Positions 1 through 10,569 of a stretch of DNA of 64,000 nt are shown one piece after another (the stretch's first letter is position 1; each line of letters begins with the position of its first letter). The translations under genes and the position numbers were made by a program. Under the pieces are notes generated by a model, which had not been told where the DNA came from, searched no databases, and was given only the letters and a program-made list of their open reading frames with translations. The DNA is from Alphaproteobacteria bacterium. Lineage in GTDB: Bacteria > Pseudomonadota > Alphaproteobacteria > JAXMDU01. Where the stretch lies: NCBI GenBank assembly GCA_046348645.1, contig JAXMDU010000006.1, positions 26,340 through 90,339 on the forward strand. Reading direction: 5' to 3'.

Positions 1-891
1 CTCAACCTGCTGCGCGCCTTCGCCCAGGGTGGCTATGCCGACCTGCACGAAATCCATCGCTGGACGCTTGGCTTCGTCGGCCGCAGCGCCCAGGGCGAGC
101 GGTTCCAGAACTTGGCCGACCGCCTGACCGAATCGCTTGCCTTCATGGATGCCTGCGGCCTGACCTCGGAATCGACACCGCAGATCCGCGAGACCGATTT
201 CTTCACCGCCCATGAAGCGCTGCTTCTCAACTACGAAGAGGCGTTGACCCGGGTCGATAGCACGTCTGGCGACTGGTACGACTGCTCGGCCCACATGCTT
301 TGGATCGGCGATCGGACCCGGGTGCCTGACGAGGCGCATGTCGAGTTCCTGCGCGGCGTCAAGAACCCGATCGGTCTCAAGGTCGGCCCCAGCACCGAGC
401 GCGACGGGCTGTTGCGCCTGATCGACACGCTGAACCCCGACAACATCCCGGGCCGCCTGACCCTGATCGCCCGGATGGGGGCCGATCAGGTGGACGCCAA
501 GCTGCCGCCGCTGGTCCGGACCGTGACCCGTGAAGGGCGGACAGTCGTCTGGGCGTGCGACCCGATGCATGGCAACACCATGAAGTCGGCCCACGGCTAC
601 AAGACCCGGTCCTTCGATCGCATCATGAACGAGGTGCGGAGCTTTTTCGCCATCCATCGCGCCGAAGGGTCCTATGCCGGCGGCGTACATTGCGAAATGA
701 CCGGTCAGGACGTGACCGAATGCATCGGTGGCGCCCAGGCCATCACCGAAGATCGCCTGAGCGATCGTTATCACACCCATTGCGATCCGCGTCTGAATGC
801 GAACCAGTCGATCGAGCTTGCATTCCTGATTGCGGAAGCGTTGAAGGAGCAGCGTAGCGCCAGGCCGAAGCAGGCCGCGGTCTCGTTCTGA
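1..891 (+). CDS. Class II DAHP synthase (3-deoxy-7-phosphoheptulonate synthase), C-terminal ~296 aa; 5' end lies outside the window
   Basis: Reading frame is open from nt 1 in the same frame as ORF 112..891. Motifs [26 protein letters not shown] and [19 protein letters not shown] are typical of AroA(II)-type DAHP synthases. Confidence 0.85.
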   Translation, partial: LNLLRAFAQGGYADLHEIHRWTLGFVGRSAQGERFQNLADRLTESLAFMDACGLTSESTPQIRETDFFTAHEALLLNYEEALTRVDSTSGDWYDCSAHMLWIGDRTRVPDEAHVEFLRGVKNPIGLKVGPSTERDGLLRLIDTLNPDNIPGRLTLIARMGADQVDAKLPPLVRTVTREGRTVVWACDPMHGNTMKSAHGYKTRSFDRIMNEVRSFFAIHRAEGSYAGGVHCEMTGQDVTECIGGAQAITEDRLSDRYHTHCDPRLNANQSIELAFLIAEALKEQRSARPKQAAVSF

Positions 892-921
892 TCTCGCGCC
901 ATCGCGCTTGCGACCGCGTGG

Positions 922-2100
922 ATGGACCAACCAGAAAGAAGCAACCAACCCGGCGGTCAGGCGATGTTTCCCGACGTTGATGCGATCCCGCGCTTCACCG
1001 ACAGCTATTTCATAAAGACCAGACGCATCATCGAGCGCTTTGGCGAGTCTGTCGTCACCTATGCGCTGTTCATGCGTCGCCCCGTCATTTTCGCGCCACG
1101 CCTGATGACAGAGTGGCTGCAGTCGATCGCGAAGGCGCGCGGGATCGAGATCCGTATCGATTACAATTACGCCGAGGGCGACTGGGTCGGCGCCGGCGAG
1201 CCGCTCCTCTATATCACCGGTCCGTTCAGCAAGATCGTCGATCTCGAAACCCTTTACCTGCAGAAGCTGGGTGCAACCTGCGTTGCGGCCTATAACGCCC
1301 ACAGCATGTGCAGCGATTTGCCGAATGCGGCGTTCATCGCCATGGATGCCAGGCATTGTGCCGGGACCGAAATGGCCGAGATGATGGCCTATGCGGCGGC
1401 GGTCGGCTCGACGGCCGCGCGCCGGCTTTCGGGCGCGGTCGGCTATGTCGGCAACGCGGTGGATGCGCATGCGCACTTCTTCGGTAATCAGCGCGGGCTT
1501 GGGACAATGCCGCACGCGCTGATCGGCTATGCAGGCTCGACGGTCCGGGCGGCAGAGATGTACGTCGAGATGTTCGCGGACGAGGACCTGGTCGTGCTGG
1601 TTGATTATTACGGCCAGGAAGTGACTGATGCGATTGCCGTGGCACGCCGGTATCCCGACCACGCCGCCAGCGGGCGTCTGGCGATCCGGATCGACACCCA
1701 TGGCGGCCGCTACGTCGAGGGGCTCGACATGCCGCGGTCCTACGAGGTGCTCGAGCGCCACGCCCCCTCGGCCATTCGCGGCTATCGCAACGAGATGGAG
1801 CTTCGCTTCCTGATTGGCACGGGTGTCTCGGCCGCCGCCCTCTTCCACGTCCGGGACGAGCTTGATCGGGTTGGCCTTGGCAAGGTGCGGATCATCGCCA
1901 GTTCCGGATTCGGGCCGGCGAAGTGCCGGGTGATGGGCGAGGTCAAGGCCCCCATCGATGTGGTGGGGTCGGGCTCGCACGTGCCGGACAGCTGGCATGA
2001 AACCTATGCGACCGCGGACATCGTCGAATATGACGGCAAGCCCATGGTCAAGGTCGGGCGCGAGTTCCTTCTGAAGCGGCGGCATGGCGCGCTGACATGA
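922..2100 (+). CDS. Nicotinate phosphoribosyltransferase family protein (NAPRTase-like). Start may be the internal Met near 964.
   Basis: 392-aa ORF with an FTDSYF...TRRIIERFGE N-terminus and a GTMPHALIGY...IRIDTHGG core typical of the type II phosphoribosyltransferase fold. It sits immediately upstream of nadE. Confidence 0.65.
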   Translation: MDQPERSNQPGGQAMFPDVDAIPRFTDSYFIKTRRIIERFGESVVTYALFMRRPVIFAPRLMTEWLQSIAKARGIEIRIDYNYAEGDWVGAGEPLLYITGPFSKIVDLETLYLQKLGATCVAAYNAHSMCSDLPNAAFIAMDARHCAGTEMAEMMAYAAAVGSTAARRLSGAVGYVGNAVDAHAHFFGNQRGLGTMPHALIGYAGSTVRAAEMYVEMFADEDLVVLVDYYGQEVTDAIAVARRYPDHAASGRLAIRIDTHGGRYVEGLDMPRSYEVLERHAPSAIRGYRNEMELRFLIGTGVSAAALFHVRDELDRVGLGKVRIIASSGFGPAKCRVMGEVKAPIDVVGSGSHVPDSWHETYATADIVEYDGKPMVKVGREFLLKRRHGALT

Positions 2101-2131
2101 GGCCGCCGCACCGGCTGCTTGCCCCATCCCC

Positions 2132-3796
2132 ATGACCGACCGACTGTCCATCGCGCTCGCCCAGTTCAATCCCGTGGTGGGTGACATTGCCGGCAATCTT
2201 GACCGGCTGCGTTCGGCCAGGCAGGCGGCGGCCCGCCAGGGCGCCGATCTGGTCGTGGCGAGCGAGCTTTCAATTTCGGGCTACCCGCCAGAAGATCTGG
2301 TTCTCAAGCCGTCATTCCTGGGCGCGGTCGAGCGGGCGGTTCGGGCCCTGGCGGCCGATACCGCCGATGGCGGTCCGGCGGTGGTGATCGGCGCGCCCTG
2401 GCGCGACGGCGGAACGTGCTACAACGCCGCGCTCCTGCTGGATGGCGGCCAGATTGTCGCCAGCCGGTTCAAGGTCGATCTGCCCAATTACGGCGTGTTC
2501 GACGAGAAGCGGGTTTTTGCATCGGGCCCGCTGCCAGGCCCCATGGTGGCGCGGGGCGTGCGTCTGGGCGTCATGGTCTGCGAGGACATGTGGACCCCGG
2601 ACGTTGCCGAATGCCTGGGTGAAAGCGGCGCCGAGATCCTGGTTGTCATCAACGGCTCGCCCTTCGAAACGACGAAGGGCGAAAAGCGGTTGTCCCTGGC
2701 CGTGGCGCGGGTTGTCGAAACCGGCCTGCCGCTTGTCTATGTGAACCAGGTCGGCGGTCAGGACGAGCTTGTCTTCGACGGCGCCTCGTTCGTTCTGGGG
2801 CATGATCGCGGCCTTAAGATTCAGGCGCCTGCCTTCCGGGATGCGCTGGTCATGACCGAATGGCGACGGGACGCAAGCGGCGGCTGGCGCTGCGACCCGG
2901 GCCCTGTCGAACCGTTGCCCGATGGCGATGCGGCGGTCTACGAAGCGCTGGTGACGGGACTGCGCGATTATCTCGGCAAGAACGGATTTCGCGGTGCCCT
3001 GATCGGCCTTTCGGGCGGCATTGATTCCGCCTTGACGGCCGCCATTGCGGTCGATGCGGTCGGCGCCGACCGGGTGCGAGGCGTCATGATGCCGTCGCCC
3101 TATACGTCGCAGGAAAGCCTTGACGATGCCGCCGAGACGGCGCGGCTGCTTGGCATCCGTCTTGACAGCATTCCCATCCTGCCGGGGATGCAGGCCTATG
3201 ACGCGATGCTGAAGCCCCTGTTCGCCGGGCTTCCGGCCGACACCACCGAAGAGAACCTCCAGGCGCGTATTCGCGGCAACCTGCTGATGGCGCTCAGCAA
3301 CAAGCTGGGCTTCATGGTCGTGAGCACCGGCAACAAGTCCGAGATGTCGGTTGGCTATGCAACGCTCTATGGCGACATGGCCGGCGGCTTTGCGATCCTC
3401 AAGGACATCTACAAGATGAGCGTCTATGCGCTTTGCCGTTATCGCAATGCCCATCGGCCGATCGGCGCGCTTGGCCCGCCCGGCACGGTGGTGCCGGACA
3501 ACGTGCTGACAAGGCGGCCGACCGCCGAGCTGAAGCCGAACCAGTTCGACGAGGATTCCCTGCCGCCCTATCCCATCCTGGATGCGATCCTGGCTGGCCT
3601 GATCGAGGAAGATCTGGGCATCGCCGAGATTGTTGCCCGTGGCTATGACCACGCCACGGTGCAGCGGGTCTGGCGGATGCTGGAAAACGCCGAATATAAG
3701 CGCCGCCAGGCCCCGCCCGGGCTCAAGATCACGTCGCGCTCGTTCGGCCGCGACCGGCGCTATCCGATCACCAATGCGTTCAAGCAGGGGGAATGA
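2132..3796 (+). CDS. nadE: Glutamine-dependent NAD+ synthetase (nitrilase domain plus NAD synthase domain)
   Basis: 554 aa. N-terminal carbon-nitrogen hydrolase region (LSIALAQFNPVVGD...VCEDMW). C-terminal SGGIDSALTAAIAV P-loop and GNKSEMSVGYATLYGD motif. Confidence 0.9.
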   Translation: MTDRLSIALAQFNPVVGDIAGNLDRLRSARQAAARQGADLVVASELSISGYPPEDLVLKPSFLGAVERAVRALAADTADGGPAVVIGAPWRDGGTCYNAALLLDGGQIVASRFKVDLPNYGVFDEKRVFASGPLPGPMVARGVRLGVMVCEDMWTPDVAECLGESGAEILVVINGSPFETTKGEKRLSLAVARVVETGLPLVYVNQVGGQDELVFDGASFVLGHDRGLKIQAPAFRDALVMTEWRRDASGGWRCDPGPVEPLPDGDAAVYEALVTGLRDYLGKNGFRGALIGLSGGIDSALTAAIAVDAVGADRVRGVMMPSPYTSQESLDDAAETARLLGIRLDSIPILPGMQAYDAMLKPLFAGLPADTTEENLQARIRGNLLMALSNKLGFMVVSTGNKSEMSVGYATLYGDMAGGFAILKDIYKMSVYALCRYRNAHRPIGALGPPGTVVPDNVLTRRPTAELKPNQFDEDSLPPYPILDAILAGLIEEDLGIAEIVARGYDHATVQRVWRMLENAEYKRRQAPPGLKITSRSFGRDRRYPITNAFKQGE

Positions 3797-3954
3797 CGCT
3801 GGCCGCCATCACGGCTGGCCCCCTCACGGCTGACCAAGGCCTCTGGCGTGGACCTTGTCGGGGGAATCTGTTAGGCCATCGACAAGGGAACAGGCACAGC
3901 ATTTGGTTAATGCCTGCCGTCAACACCGTGAGATCCGTCAGGTAAGACAAGTCC

Positions 3955-5364
3955 GTGGCACTGGTCGTCTATAATACGCTGACGCGAAGGAAAGAGCCCT
4001 TCGTCCCGCTCGATCCGCAACGGATCGGGATGTATGTGTGCGGGCCGACGGTCTATGACTTCGCCCATATCGGCAACGCGCGCCCGGTGGTGGTGTTCGA
4101 CGTTCTTTATCGCCTGCTCTGCCTGCGCTATGGCCGCGTCACCTATGTGCGCAACATCACCGATGTCGACGACAAGATCATTGCCGCCGCCCGGGCCAAT
4201 GGCGAATCGATCGCCGATCTGACCGCGCGGACCGAAGCCGCGTTCCACGACGACATGCGTGCGCTGGGCAGCCATGATCCCACCATCGAGCCGCATGCGA
4301 CCGCCCATATCGCGCCGATGATCGCGATGATCGAGACGCTGATTGCCAAGCATCACGCCTATGCGGCCGACGGGCACGTGCTGTTCAGCGTGCCGTCGAT
4401 GGAACATTACGGCGCGCTGTCGGGCCGCAACCGCGACGAGATGATCGCGGGCGCCCGGGTCGAGGTGGCGCCCTACAAGAAGGACCCGGCCGATTTCGTC
4501 CTCTGGAAGCCGAGCGAGCCCGACCAGCCGGGATGGCCAAGCCCCTGGGGCCGTGGCCGGCCAGGCTGGCATATCGAATGTTCGGCCATGAGCGCCACCC
4601 ATCTTGGCATCACCTTCGACATCCATGGCGGCGGCCTCGATCTTGTCTTTCCGCACCATGAAAACGAGATCGCCCAAAGCCGCTGCGCCCATGACGGGGC
4701 CCCGCTGGCCCGTTACTGGATGCACAACGGCTATGTGGTGGTCGAGGGGCAGAAGATGTCGAAGTCGCTCGGCAACTTCGTCACCGTGCGCGACCTGCTG
4801 CGCGATGCCCCCGGCGAGGCGATCCGCCTTGTCCTGCTTGGTGCCCATTACCGCCAGCCGCTCGATTTCACCCGGGCCGGCCTGCAGCAGGGGAAACAGA
4901 ACCTGGATCGTCTTTACGGCGCCTTGCGGGCGGCCGCCACCGTCAGGGCCGAGGCCGGCCCCCCCCCGGCGGCGCTGCTCGCCGCCCTTGAGGACGACCT
5001 CAACACGCCCGAGGCGGTGGCCGAACTGCACCGCCTTGCCACCGCCTTGAACAAGGCCACGGATCGGGCTGAACAGGCCCGTCTCAAGGGCGCCCTGGTG
5101 GCGGGTGGCGCGATGCTGGGGCTCTTGGGCAGCGACCCCGAGGCCTGGTTCCAGGGGGGCGGGGCCAAAGCGGCTGGAAGCGAAGTGGCGGGAATGTCTG
5201 CCACAGGCTATGACAGGGATACGATCGAGCGGCTCATCGGCGAACGGACGGCGGCCCGCAAGGCGCGGGACTTTGCCGGCGCCGATGCCATTCGCAACAA
5301 GCTCGCCGATCACGGTGTGATCCTGGAGGATTCGCCGTCGGGAACGACCTGGCGGCGAGGCTGA
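3955..5364 (+). CDS. cysS: Cysteine--tRNA ligase
   Basis: 469 aa. HIGNARP (HIGH) and KMSKSLGN signature motifs. N-terminus [16 protein letters not shown]. Confidence 0.9.
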   Translation: MALVVYNTLTRRKEPFVPLDPQRIGMYVCGPTVYDFAHIGNARPVVVFDVLYRLLCLRYGRVTYVRNITDVDDKIIAAARANGESIADLTARTEAAFHDDMRALGSHDPTIEPHATAHIAPMIAMIETLIAKHHAYAADGHVLFSVPSMEHYGALSGRNRDEMIAGARVEVAPYKKDPADFVLWKPSEPDQPGWPSPWGRGRPGWHIECSAMSATHLGITFDIHGGGLDLVFPHHENEIAQSRCAHDGAPLARYWMHNGYVVVEGQKMSKSLGNFVTVRDLLRDAPGEAIRLVLLGAHYRQPLDFTRAGLQQGKQNLDRLYGALRAAATVRAEAGPPPAALLAALEDDLNTPEAVAELHRLATALNKATDRAEQARLKGALVAGGAMLGLLGSDPEAWFQGGGAKAAGSEVAGMSATGYDRDTIERLIGERTAARKARDFAGADAIRNKLADHGVILEDSPSGTTWRRG

Positions 5365-5365
5365 T

Positions 5366-6964
5366 ATGAGCGACAAGCGAGTCTATCTGTACGACACCAC
5401 CCTGCGCGACGGGGCACAGACCGCCGGCGTCGATTTCGGCGTGCCCGACAAGATCGCGATCGCGCGCGAGCTGGATCGCCTCGGGCTCGACTACATCGAA
5501 GGCGGGTGGCCGGGGGCCAATCCGACCGACGATGCCTTTTTCGCGCGGCTGCCGTCGCTCGCGCGCTCGAAGCTGGCGGCGTTCGGGATGACGCGGCGTT
5601 CGGGCCGCAGCGCCGCCAACGACCCCGGCCTCAACGCCCTCCTGGTGCCGGGTGTGAAGGCGGTGTGTCTGGTGGGCAAGACCTGGGATTTCCAGGTTGA
5701 CGTGGCGCTGGGCATTCCGCGCGGCGAAAACATCGACATGATCTCCGAATCGATCGTCCATGCCGCGACCCGGGTGGGCGAAGTGCTGTTCGATGCAGAG
5801 CACTTCTTCGATGGCTACAAGGCCAACCGGGCCTATGCGCTGGACTGCATCGAGGCGGCCTACAAGGCCGGCGCGCGCTGGATCGTTCTTTGCGATACCA
5901 ATGGCGGGACCCTGCCCGATGATGTCGAGCACATCGTCGCCGATGCCGCAAGGCGTGTCCCCGGGGAACGCCTTGGCATCCATTGCCACAACGATACCGA
6001 GAATGCGGTCGCCAATTCGCTTGCAGCGGTGCGGGCGGGCGTGCGCATGGTTCAGGGCACCATCAACGGTCTTGGCGAACGGTGCGGCAATGCGAATCTT
6101 GTCTCGGTCATTCCCAATCTTGTTCTCAAGATGGGCTACGAGACCGGCGTCGATGCGGCCGGCCTTCGCCATCTGACCCATGTTTCGCGCCTGCTGGACG
6201 AGCGCTTGAATCGCGCGCCGAACCGGCATCAGCCCTATGTCGGCGAAAGCGCCTTCGCCCACAAGGGGGGGCTCCATGTCTCGGCGGTCGAGCGCGACCC
6301 GCGCACCTACGAGCACATCGACCCCGAACTTGTGGGCAATGGCCGCCATATCGTCGTCTCGGACCAGGCCGGACGGTCGAATGTCATCGCGCGCCTGCGC
6401 GAATGCGGTCTTGCGGTCAATCCCGCCGATCCGCGCATCAATCGCCTGGTCGAGGAAGTCAAGGAACGCGAGCACAAGGGCTATACCTATGACGGTGCCG
6501 AGGCGAGCTTCGAGCTTTATGCACGTCGCCTGCTTGACACCGTGCCGGAATATTTCCGCCTTGCGTCGTTCCGGGTCATTGACGAGCGGCGCTGGAACGC
6601 GCGGAACGAGCTGATCACCCTGTCGGAAGCGACCATCAAGATCCAGGTCAAGGACAAGCCGCACATCATGACGGTGGCCGAAGGCAACGGCCCGGTGAAT
6701 GCCCTCGACACGGCGCTGCGGCGGGCGCTGATCACCTATTATCCATCGCTCGCGACCCTCAAGCTGGTCGATTACAAGGTGCGGATCCTGACGCCGGATG
6801 CCGGCACCGAGGCCGTGACCCGGGTCATGATCGAAAGCACCGACGACACCGGCCAGCGCTGGGCGACGGTGGGCGTATCCACCAACGTCATCGACGCGTC
6901 GTACAACGCCCTGAACGACGCCATCACCTACAAGATCTTCCGCGACGGCACGGCCGCGCCCTGA
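5366..6964 (+). CDS. cimA: (R)-citramalate synthase (LeuA-family, with C-terminal regulatory domain)
   Basis: 532 aa. N-terminus MSDKRVYLYDTTLRDGAQT...GGWPGANPTDD and the length match the CimA subfamily rather than 2-isopropylmalate synthase. Confidence 0.75.
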   Translation: MSDKRVYLYDTTLRDGAQTAGVDFGVPDKIAIARELDRLGLDYIEGGWPGANPTDDAFFARLPSLARSKLAAFGMTRRSGRSAANDPGLNALLVPGVKAVCLVGKTWDFQVDVALGIPRGENIDMISESIVHAATRVGEVLFDAEHFFDGYKANRAYALDCIEAAYKAGARWIVLCDTNGGTLPDDVEHIVADAARRVPGERLGIHCHNDTENAVANSLAAVRAGVRMVQGTINGLGERCGNANLVSVIPNLVLKMGYETGVDAAGLRHLTHVSRLLDERLNRAPNRHQPYVGESAFAHKGGLHVSAVERDPRTYEHIDPELVGNGRHIVVSDQAGRSNVIARLRECGLAVNPADPRINRLVEEVKEREHKGYTYDGAEASFELYARRLLDTVPEYFRLASFRVIDERRWNARNELITLSEATIKIQVKDKPHIMTVAEGNGPVNALDTALRRALITYYPSLATLKLVDYKVRILTPDAGTEAVTRVMIESTDDTGQRWATVGVSTNVIDASYNALNDAITYKIFRDGTAAP

Positions 6965-6967
6965 CGG

Positions 6968-7792
6968 ATGTCCGGAACCGATTCGAGCCGCACGCCTGTT
7001 CTTGGCGGACCAACGGTCATTCTGGTGCGGCCGCAGCTGGGCGAGAATATCGGCGCCGCGGCCAGGGCGATGCTGAATGGCGGCCTCGAGGACCTGCGGA
7101 TCGTCGAGCCGCGGGATGGCTGGCCCAATCCGGTGGCGTCTGCCAATGCCTCGGGCGCCAGCGCCATTCTGGACGGGGCGCGGATCGAGGCGACGGTCGG
7201 CACGGCGATCGGCGATCTGGTCATGGTCTACGCGGTGACGGCCCGGCCGCGCAGCATGATCAAGGCGGTGGACACCCCGCGCCAGGCGATGGCCGATCTT
7301 CGCCGCCGCTGGACAGCCGGCGAGCGGGTCGGCCTGCTGTTCGGGCCCGAGCGGGTGGGGCTGTTGAATGACGAGGTGTCGCTTGCCGACCGGATCGTCA
7401 CCATCCCCCTCAACCCGGCCTTTTCATCAATGAATCTGGCCCATTCCGTGGCTGTCATGGCCTACGAGTGGTTCCAGTCGGGGTTGCCGGCCGCCGCCCA
7501 GGCGGAACCCAGGCCCTTGGGGCGGCCGGCGGCGGTGCCGGCCAGCAAGGCCGATCTGATGGCCCTGTTTGCCCATCTGGAGGCCGAGCTTGATGCCTGC
7601 GGGTTCCTTTTTCCGCCGGAAAAGCGGGCGACGATGGTCCGCAACCTGCGCGCCATCCTCCAGCGGGCGGAATTGGCGGATTCCGAGGTGAAGACCCTGC
7701 GCGGGGTGATCGCCTCGCTGGTCAAGCCCCCCCGGCCAAGGCGGGCGCCGGAAACGCCGACCCTGTTTGACAGCGGGCCCGAGATTGGCTAG
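6968..7792 (+). CDS. SpoU/TrmH-family RNA 2'-O-methyltransferase (TrmJ-like)
   Basis: 274 aa. [19 protein letters not shown]...[10 protein letters not shown]...[23 protein letters not shown]-fold motifs. Confidence 0.7.
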   Translation: MSGTDSSRTPVLGGPTVILVRPQLGENIGAAARAMLNGGLEDLRIVEPRDGWPNPVASANASGASAILDGARIEATVGTAIGDLVMVYAVTARPRSMIKAVDTPRQAMADLRRRWTAGERVGLLFGPERVGLLNDEVSLADRIVTIPLNPAFSSMNLAHSVAVMAYEWFQSGLPAAAQAEPRPLGRPAAVPASKADLMALFAHLEAELDACGFLFPPEKRATMVRNLRAILQRAELADSEVKTLRGVIASLVKPPRPRRAPETPTLFDSGPEIG

Positions 7793-7866
7793 GAATCGCG
7801 CCCGGCGGGGCCTTCGGGCCCCGATACCTTTCCTGCAACCCCGGCGGTTGCCAGCATGGATCACGA

Positions 7867-8484
7867 ATGACGAAACGAGTTGACGCGAAATACAAGATCG
7901 ACCGGCGCCTTGGTGTAAACCTCTGGGGCCGCCCCAAAAGCCCGGTCAACAAGCGCAGCTATGGGCCCGGCCAGCATGGCCAGCGCCGCGGCCGTCGGCC
8001 GTCGGACTATGGCGTCCAGCTGGTCGCAAAGCAGAAGCTCAAGGGTTATTACGGCTCGATGGGCGAGCGCCAGTTCCGCAACCTCTATTTCGAAGCCGTG
8101 CGCCGCAAGGGTGATACCGGCGAAAACCTGATCGAGCTGCTCGAACGCCGCTTGGCAAGCGTCGTCTATCGCTTGAAATTCGCGCCGACGGTGTTTGCGG
8201 CGCGACAGCTTGTGAACCATGGCCATGTGCGGGTGAACGGCAAGCGGGTGACGGTCGGCTCGTACCGGGTCGAGGATGGCGACACCATCGAAGTCAAGGA
8301 AAAGTCGCGTCAGCTTGCCAGTATCCTCGAATCGGTCGCATCGCCCGAGCGCGACGTGCCGGGCTATCTGTCGGTCGATGGCGACAGCATGAAGGGGACC
8401 TTCGTGCGTGGACCGAAGGCGGACGAGGTTCCCTACGCCGTCCCTATGGAGCCCACTCTGGTCGTCGCGTTCTACTCGCGCTAA
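7867..8484 (+). CDS. rpsD: 30S ribosomal protein S4
   Basis: 205 aa. [26 protein letters not shown]...[16 protein letters not shown] is near-consensus bS4. Confidence 0.95.
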   Translation: MTKRVDAKYKIDRRLGVNLWGRPKSPVNKRSYGPGQHGQRRGRRPSDYGVQLVAKQKLKGYYGSMGERQFRNLYFEAVRRKGDTGENLIELLERRLASVVYRLKFAPTVFAARQLVNHGHVRVNGKRVTVGSYRVEDGDTIEVKEKSRQLASILESVASPERDVPGYLSVDGDSMKGTFVRGPKADEVPYAVPMEPTLVVAFYSR

Positions 8485-8527
8485 AGGCCCGCGCCGCCCG
8501 ATGGGCGGCCTGTCCGGGCGTCGATCT

Positions 8528-8563
8528 AAAAACCCCGCTGCCTTGGGCAGCGGGGTTTTCTGT
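8528..8563 (+). terminator. Rho-independent terminator downstream of rpsD
   Basis: aaaaaCCCCGCTGCCttggGCAGCGGGGttttc: a 10-bp GC stem, 4-nt loop and T-run, 44 nt after the rpsD stop. Confidence 0.8.
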
Positions 8564-8571
8564 TCTGACAA

Positions 8572-8601
8572 TCATCCCGTCATTGATCCCGTCATTGATC
8601 C
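8572..8601. repeat. Short tandem direct repeat (tcccgtcattga x2)
   Basis: atcaTCCCGTCATTGATCCCGTCATTGAtcc lies between the rpsD terminator and the macro-domain gene. Confidence 0.5.
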
Positions 8602-8665
8602 AGGACAAGGACATTTTCGCGGCCGCCCCTATGGTTATTTCAGTTTGCGAGGAAGGAGACCCGCT

Positions 8666-9166
8666 TTGATCCACTACGTCGAAGGCGACATTCTGCTGAG
8701 CCAAGCCGGTGCCATCGCCCATGGGGTGGCGCCGTTCGATCATTTTTCGAATGGTCTTGCGCTTTCGCTGCGAGAGCGGTTTCCGACCATGGTCAAGGAT
8801 TTCCGGCACCACTGTCAGCAGAACGCCTTGAAGCCCGGCGAAGCCTGGATATGGGGCGGGGTCGGCAAGGATGCCAACAGCCGCTGTATCGTCAATCTGC
8901 TGACCCAGGAGCCGTCCGAAAGCGCAAGCGGCGTGCCGGGCAAGGCCAAGGTGTCGCATGTCAATCACGCGCTCAAGGCGCTGGCCAAGCTGGTCCAGTC
9001 GGAAAAGCTGTCAAGCGTCGCGCTGCCGCGTCTGGCCACCGGCGTGGGCGGGCTGGATTGGGCCGACGTCAAGCCGCTGATCGAAAGCCATCTCGGCGGG
9101 GTTGGCGTGCCGGTCTATGTCTACGTGACCTTCCGCAAGGGCGTCGTGGCCCAGGAAGGCGCCTGA
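8666..9166 (+). CDS. Stand-alone macro domain protein of the DarG/TARG1-like subfamily (putative ADP-ribosyl glycohydrolase), TTG start
   Basis: GGAAGGAG RBS lies 7 nt before TTG at 8666. IHYVEGDIL...RERFPTM...CIVNL...SVALPRLATGVGGLDWADV follows the DarG/TARG1 macrodomain pattern (KERFP...IVNFPTK...SVAIPPLGAGNGGLPW). The ORF-track product 8408..9166 overlaps rpsD and is over-extended. Confidence 0.6.
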   Translation: MIHYVEGDILLSQAGAIAHGVAPFDHFSNGLALSLRERFPTMVKDFRHHCQQNALKPGEAWIWGGVGKDANSRCIVNLLTQEPSESASGVPGKAKVSHVNHALKALAKLVQSEKLSSVALPRLATGVGGLDWADVKPLIESHLGGVGVPVYVYVTFRKGVVAQEGA

Positions 9167-9213
9167 TCTGATCTGGTCTCTGGGTCCGGGCTCTGGGGCC
9201 TGGCTCGGGGGAT

Positions 9214-9241
9214 CCTGGCGCCGCGCCAAGGCGGCGCCAGG
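9214..9241. terminator. GC-rich hairpin between convergent genes (possible bidirectional terminator)
   Basis: CCTGGCGCCGcgccaaggCGGCGCCAGG inverted repeat in the 87-nt gap between the macro gene (+) and the dehydrogenase (-). No clear T-run. Confidence 0.35.
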
Positions 9242-9253
9242 CCATCCGCGTGA

Positions 9254-10195
9254 TCAGGCCACCCGGGTGATGGGGGGCCGGCCGGCGAAAAAAGCCTTCA
9301 GATTGGCGATCACGACCTCGGCCGAATCGAGGGCGGAATCGATCGTGATGCCGGCGCAATGCGGCGTCAGGACGGCGTTTTCAAGGGTAAAGAAGGCCGG
9401 GTCGATATCGGGCTCGTTTTCATAGACGTCCAGACCGGCCGCCCGGATCGTGCGGTTTTGCAGCGCCTCGATCAGGGCTTTCTCGTCGGCGACGCCGCCT
9501 CGGGCGATGTTTACAAAGACGCCCTCTGGCCCAAGGGCCTTCAGCACGTCGCGGTTGACAAGGCCGCGTGTCTCGCTGTTCAGCGGGCAGGCGGCAACCA
9601 GGTCGTCGGCCCATTCGGCAAGTTTCAGGACGCTGGATTCGAAGTGGTAAGGTACGTCGTCGCGTCGGCGGCGGTTGTGGTAGCCGATCTCGATGTCGAA
9701 CGCTTCGGCGCGCCGCGCGATTTCGCGGCCGATGGCGCCAAGGCCGATGATCCCCATGCGGCGGCCATACACCCGTGACGTCGTGTCGTAGAGGCGCTGC
9801 CGGAGCCATCCGCCGGACCGCACGAAACGGTCCGCCGCCACGATCTGTCGTTGCGCCGCAATCAAAAGCCCGATTGCCGAATCGGCCACGCAGCCGCAGT
9901 TGGTCGCCTGGACATTGGTGACCATGATGCCGCGCGCCTTGGCTGCCTCGATGTCAATGCGTTCGTAGCCCGCACCAAAGGCCGAAATGATTTTCAGATT
10001 GGGCAGCTTGTCCATGAACGCGGCTGTGGCGCCATGCATGTTGGTCATGAACACGGCCTGGATGCGCGGCGCCAGTTCGCGCAGCATGGCGTCGGGGTCC
10101 TTGGCGGTCCACAGCCTGTGCACCGTGAAGTGCCGGGCCAGCTGCTCGGTCACATGATCGCCCAGATTGAACACGGCCAGCACGTCGGGTTTCAT
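9254..10195 (-). CDS. D-isomer-specific 2-hydroxyacid dehydrogenase (glyoxylate/hydroxypyruvate reductase-like)
   Basis: Start moved to the internal Met (MKPDVLAVFNLGDHV). GLGAIGREIARRA NAD-binding motif and the catalytic region ...GLDVYENEP...TPHCAG. Confidence 0.8.
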   Translation of the reverse strand: MKPDVLAVFNLGDHVTEQLARHFTVHRLWTAKDPDAMLRELAPRIQAVFMTNMHGATAAFMDKLPNLKIISAFGAGYERIDIEAAKARGIMVTNVQATNCGCVADSAIGLLIAAQRQIVAADRFVRSGGWLRQRLYDTTSRVYGRRMGIIGLGAIGREIARRAEAFDIEIGYHNRRRRDDVPYHFESSVLKLAEWADDLVAACPLNSETRGLVNRDVLKALGPEGVFVNIARGGVADEKALIEALQNRTIRAAGLDVYENEPDIDPAFFTLENAVLTPHCAGITIDSALDSAEVVIANLKAFFAGRPPITRVA

Positions 10196-10233
10196 CGATG
10201 CGTGTCCTTGCCCGTCCGGGCCTGGCCAGGGGA

Positions 10234-10569
10234 TCAGGCGGCCGGCGTCAGCCCCTTGTTGGCCAGCAGCTTCTGCAGTTCGCCGGCTTCGAACATTTCG
10301 CGCACGATATCGCAACCGCCGATGAATTCGCCCTTGATGTAAAGCTGCGGGATCGTCGGCCAGTTCGAGAATTCCTTGATGCCCTGGCGGATTTCGGGGT
10401 CGGCCATCACGTCGATCCCCTTGAACGGAACGCCCAGATGCTGCAGGACCTGGCACACGGCGGCCGAGAAGCCGCATTGCGGGCGCTCGGGGGTTCCCTT
10501 CATGTAAAGAAGGACGGGGTTGCTGTTCACGTCGCCCTGGATGCGGGCCAAAACGGGATTGTCGCTCAT
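10234..10569 (-). CDS. grxD: Monothiol glutaredoxin (Grx4 family)
   Basis: 111 aa. GTPERPQCGFS CGFS active site. Confidence 0.85.
   Translation of the reverse strand: MSDNPVLARIQGDVNSNPVLLYMKGTPERPQCGFSAAVCQVLQHLGVPFKGIDVMADPEIRQGIKEFSNWPTIPQLYIKGEFIGGCDIVREMFEAGELQKLLANKGLTPAA

Noticed and set aside
2312-3652. Long antisense ORFs opposite real genes: 2312-3652(-) opposite nadE, 3907-5376(-) opposite cysS, 5234-6664(-) opposite cimA, 20501-22006(+) opposite the PQQ dehydrogenase, 22851-23990(+), 35896-36921(+), 43077-45026(+) opposite VWA2/MoxR2, 54054-55376(+) opposite coxM/coxD, 62289-63830(+) opposite the CPA2 antiporter
   Set aside because: Their products are Arg/Gly/Pro-rich low-complexity strings typical of stop-codon-poor antisense frames in 65% GC DNA. 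The opposite strand in each case encodes a well-conserved protein.
8408-8665. 5' extension of the macro-domain ORF, overlapping rpsD by 77 bp
   Set aside because: The extension runs through the rpsD terminator hairpin and encodes [15 protein letters not shown]-type junk. A TTG with a strong RBS at 8666 gives a normal-length macrodomain.
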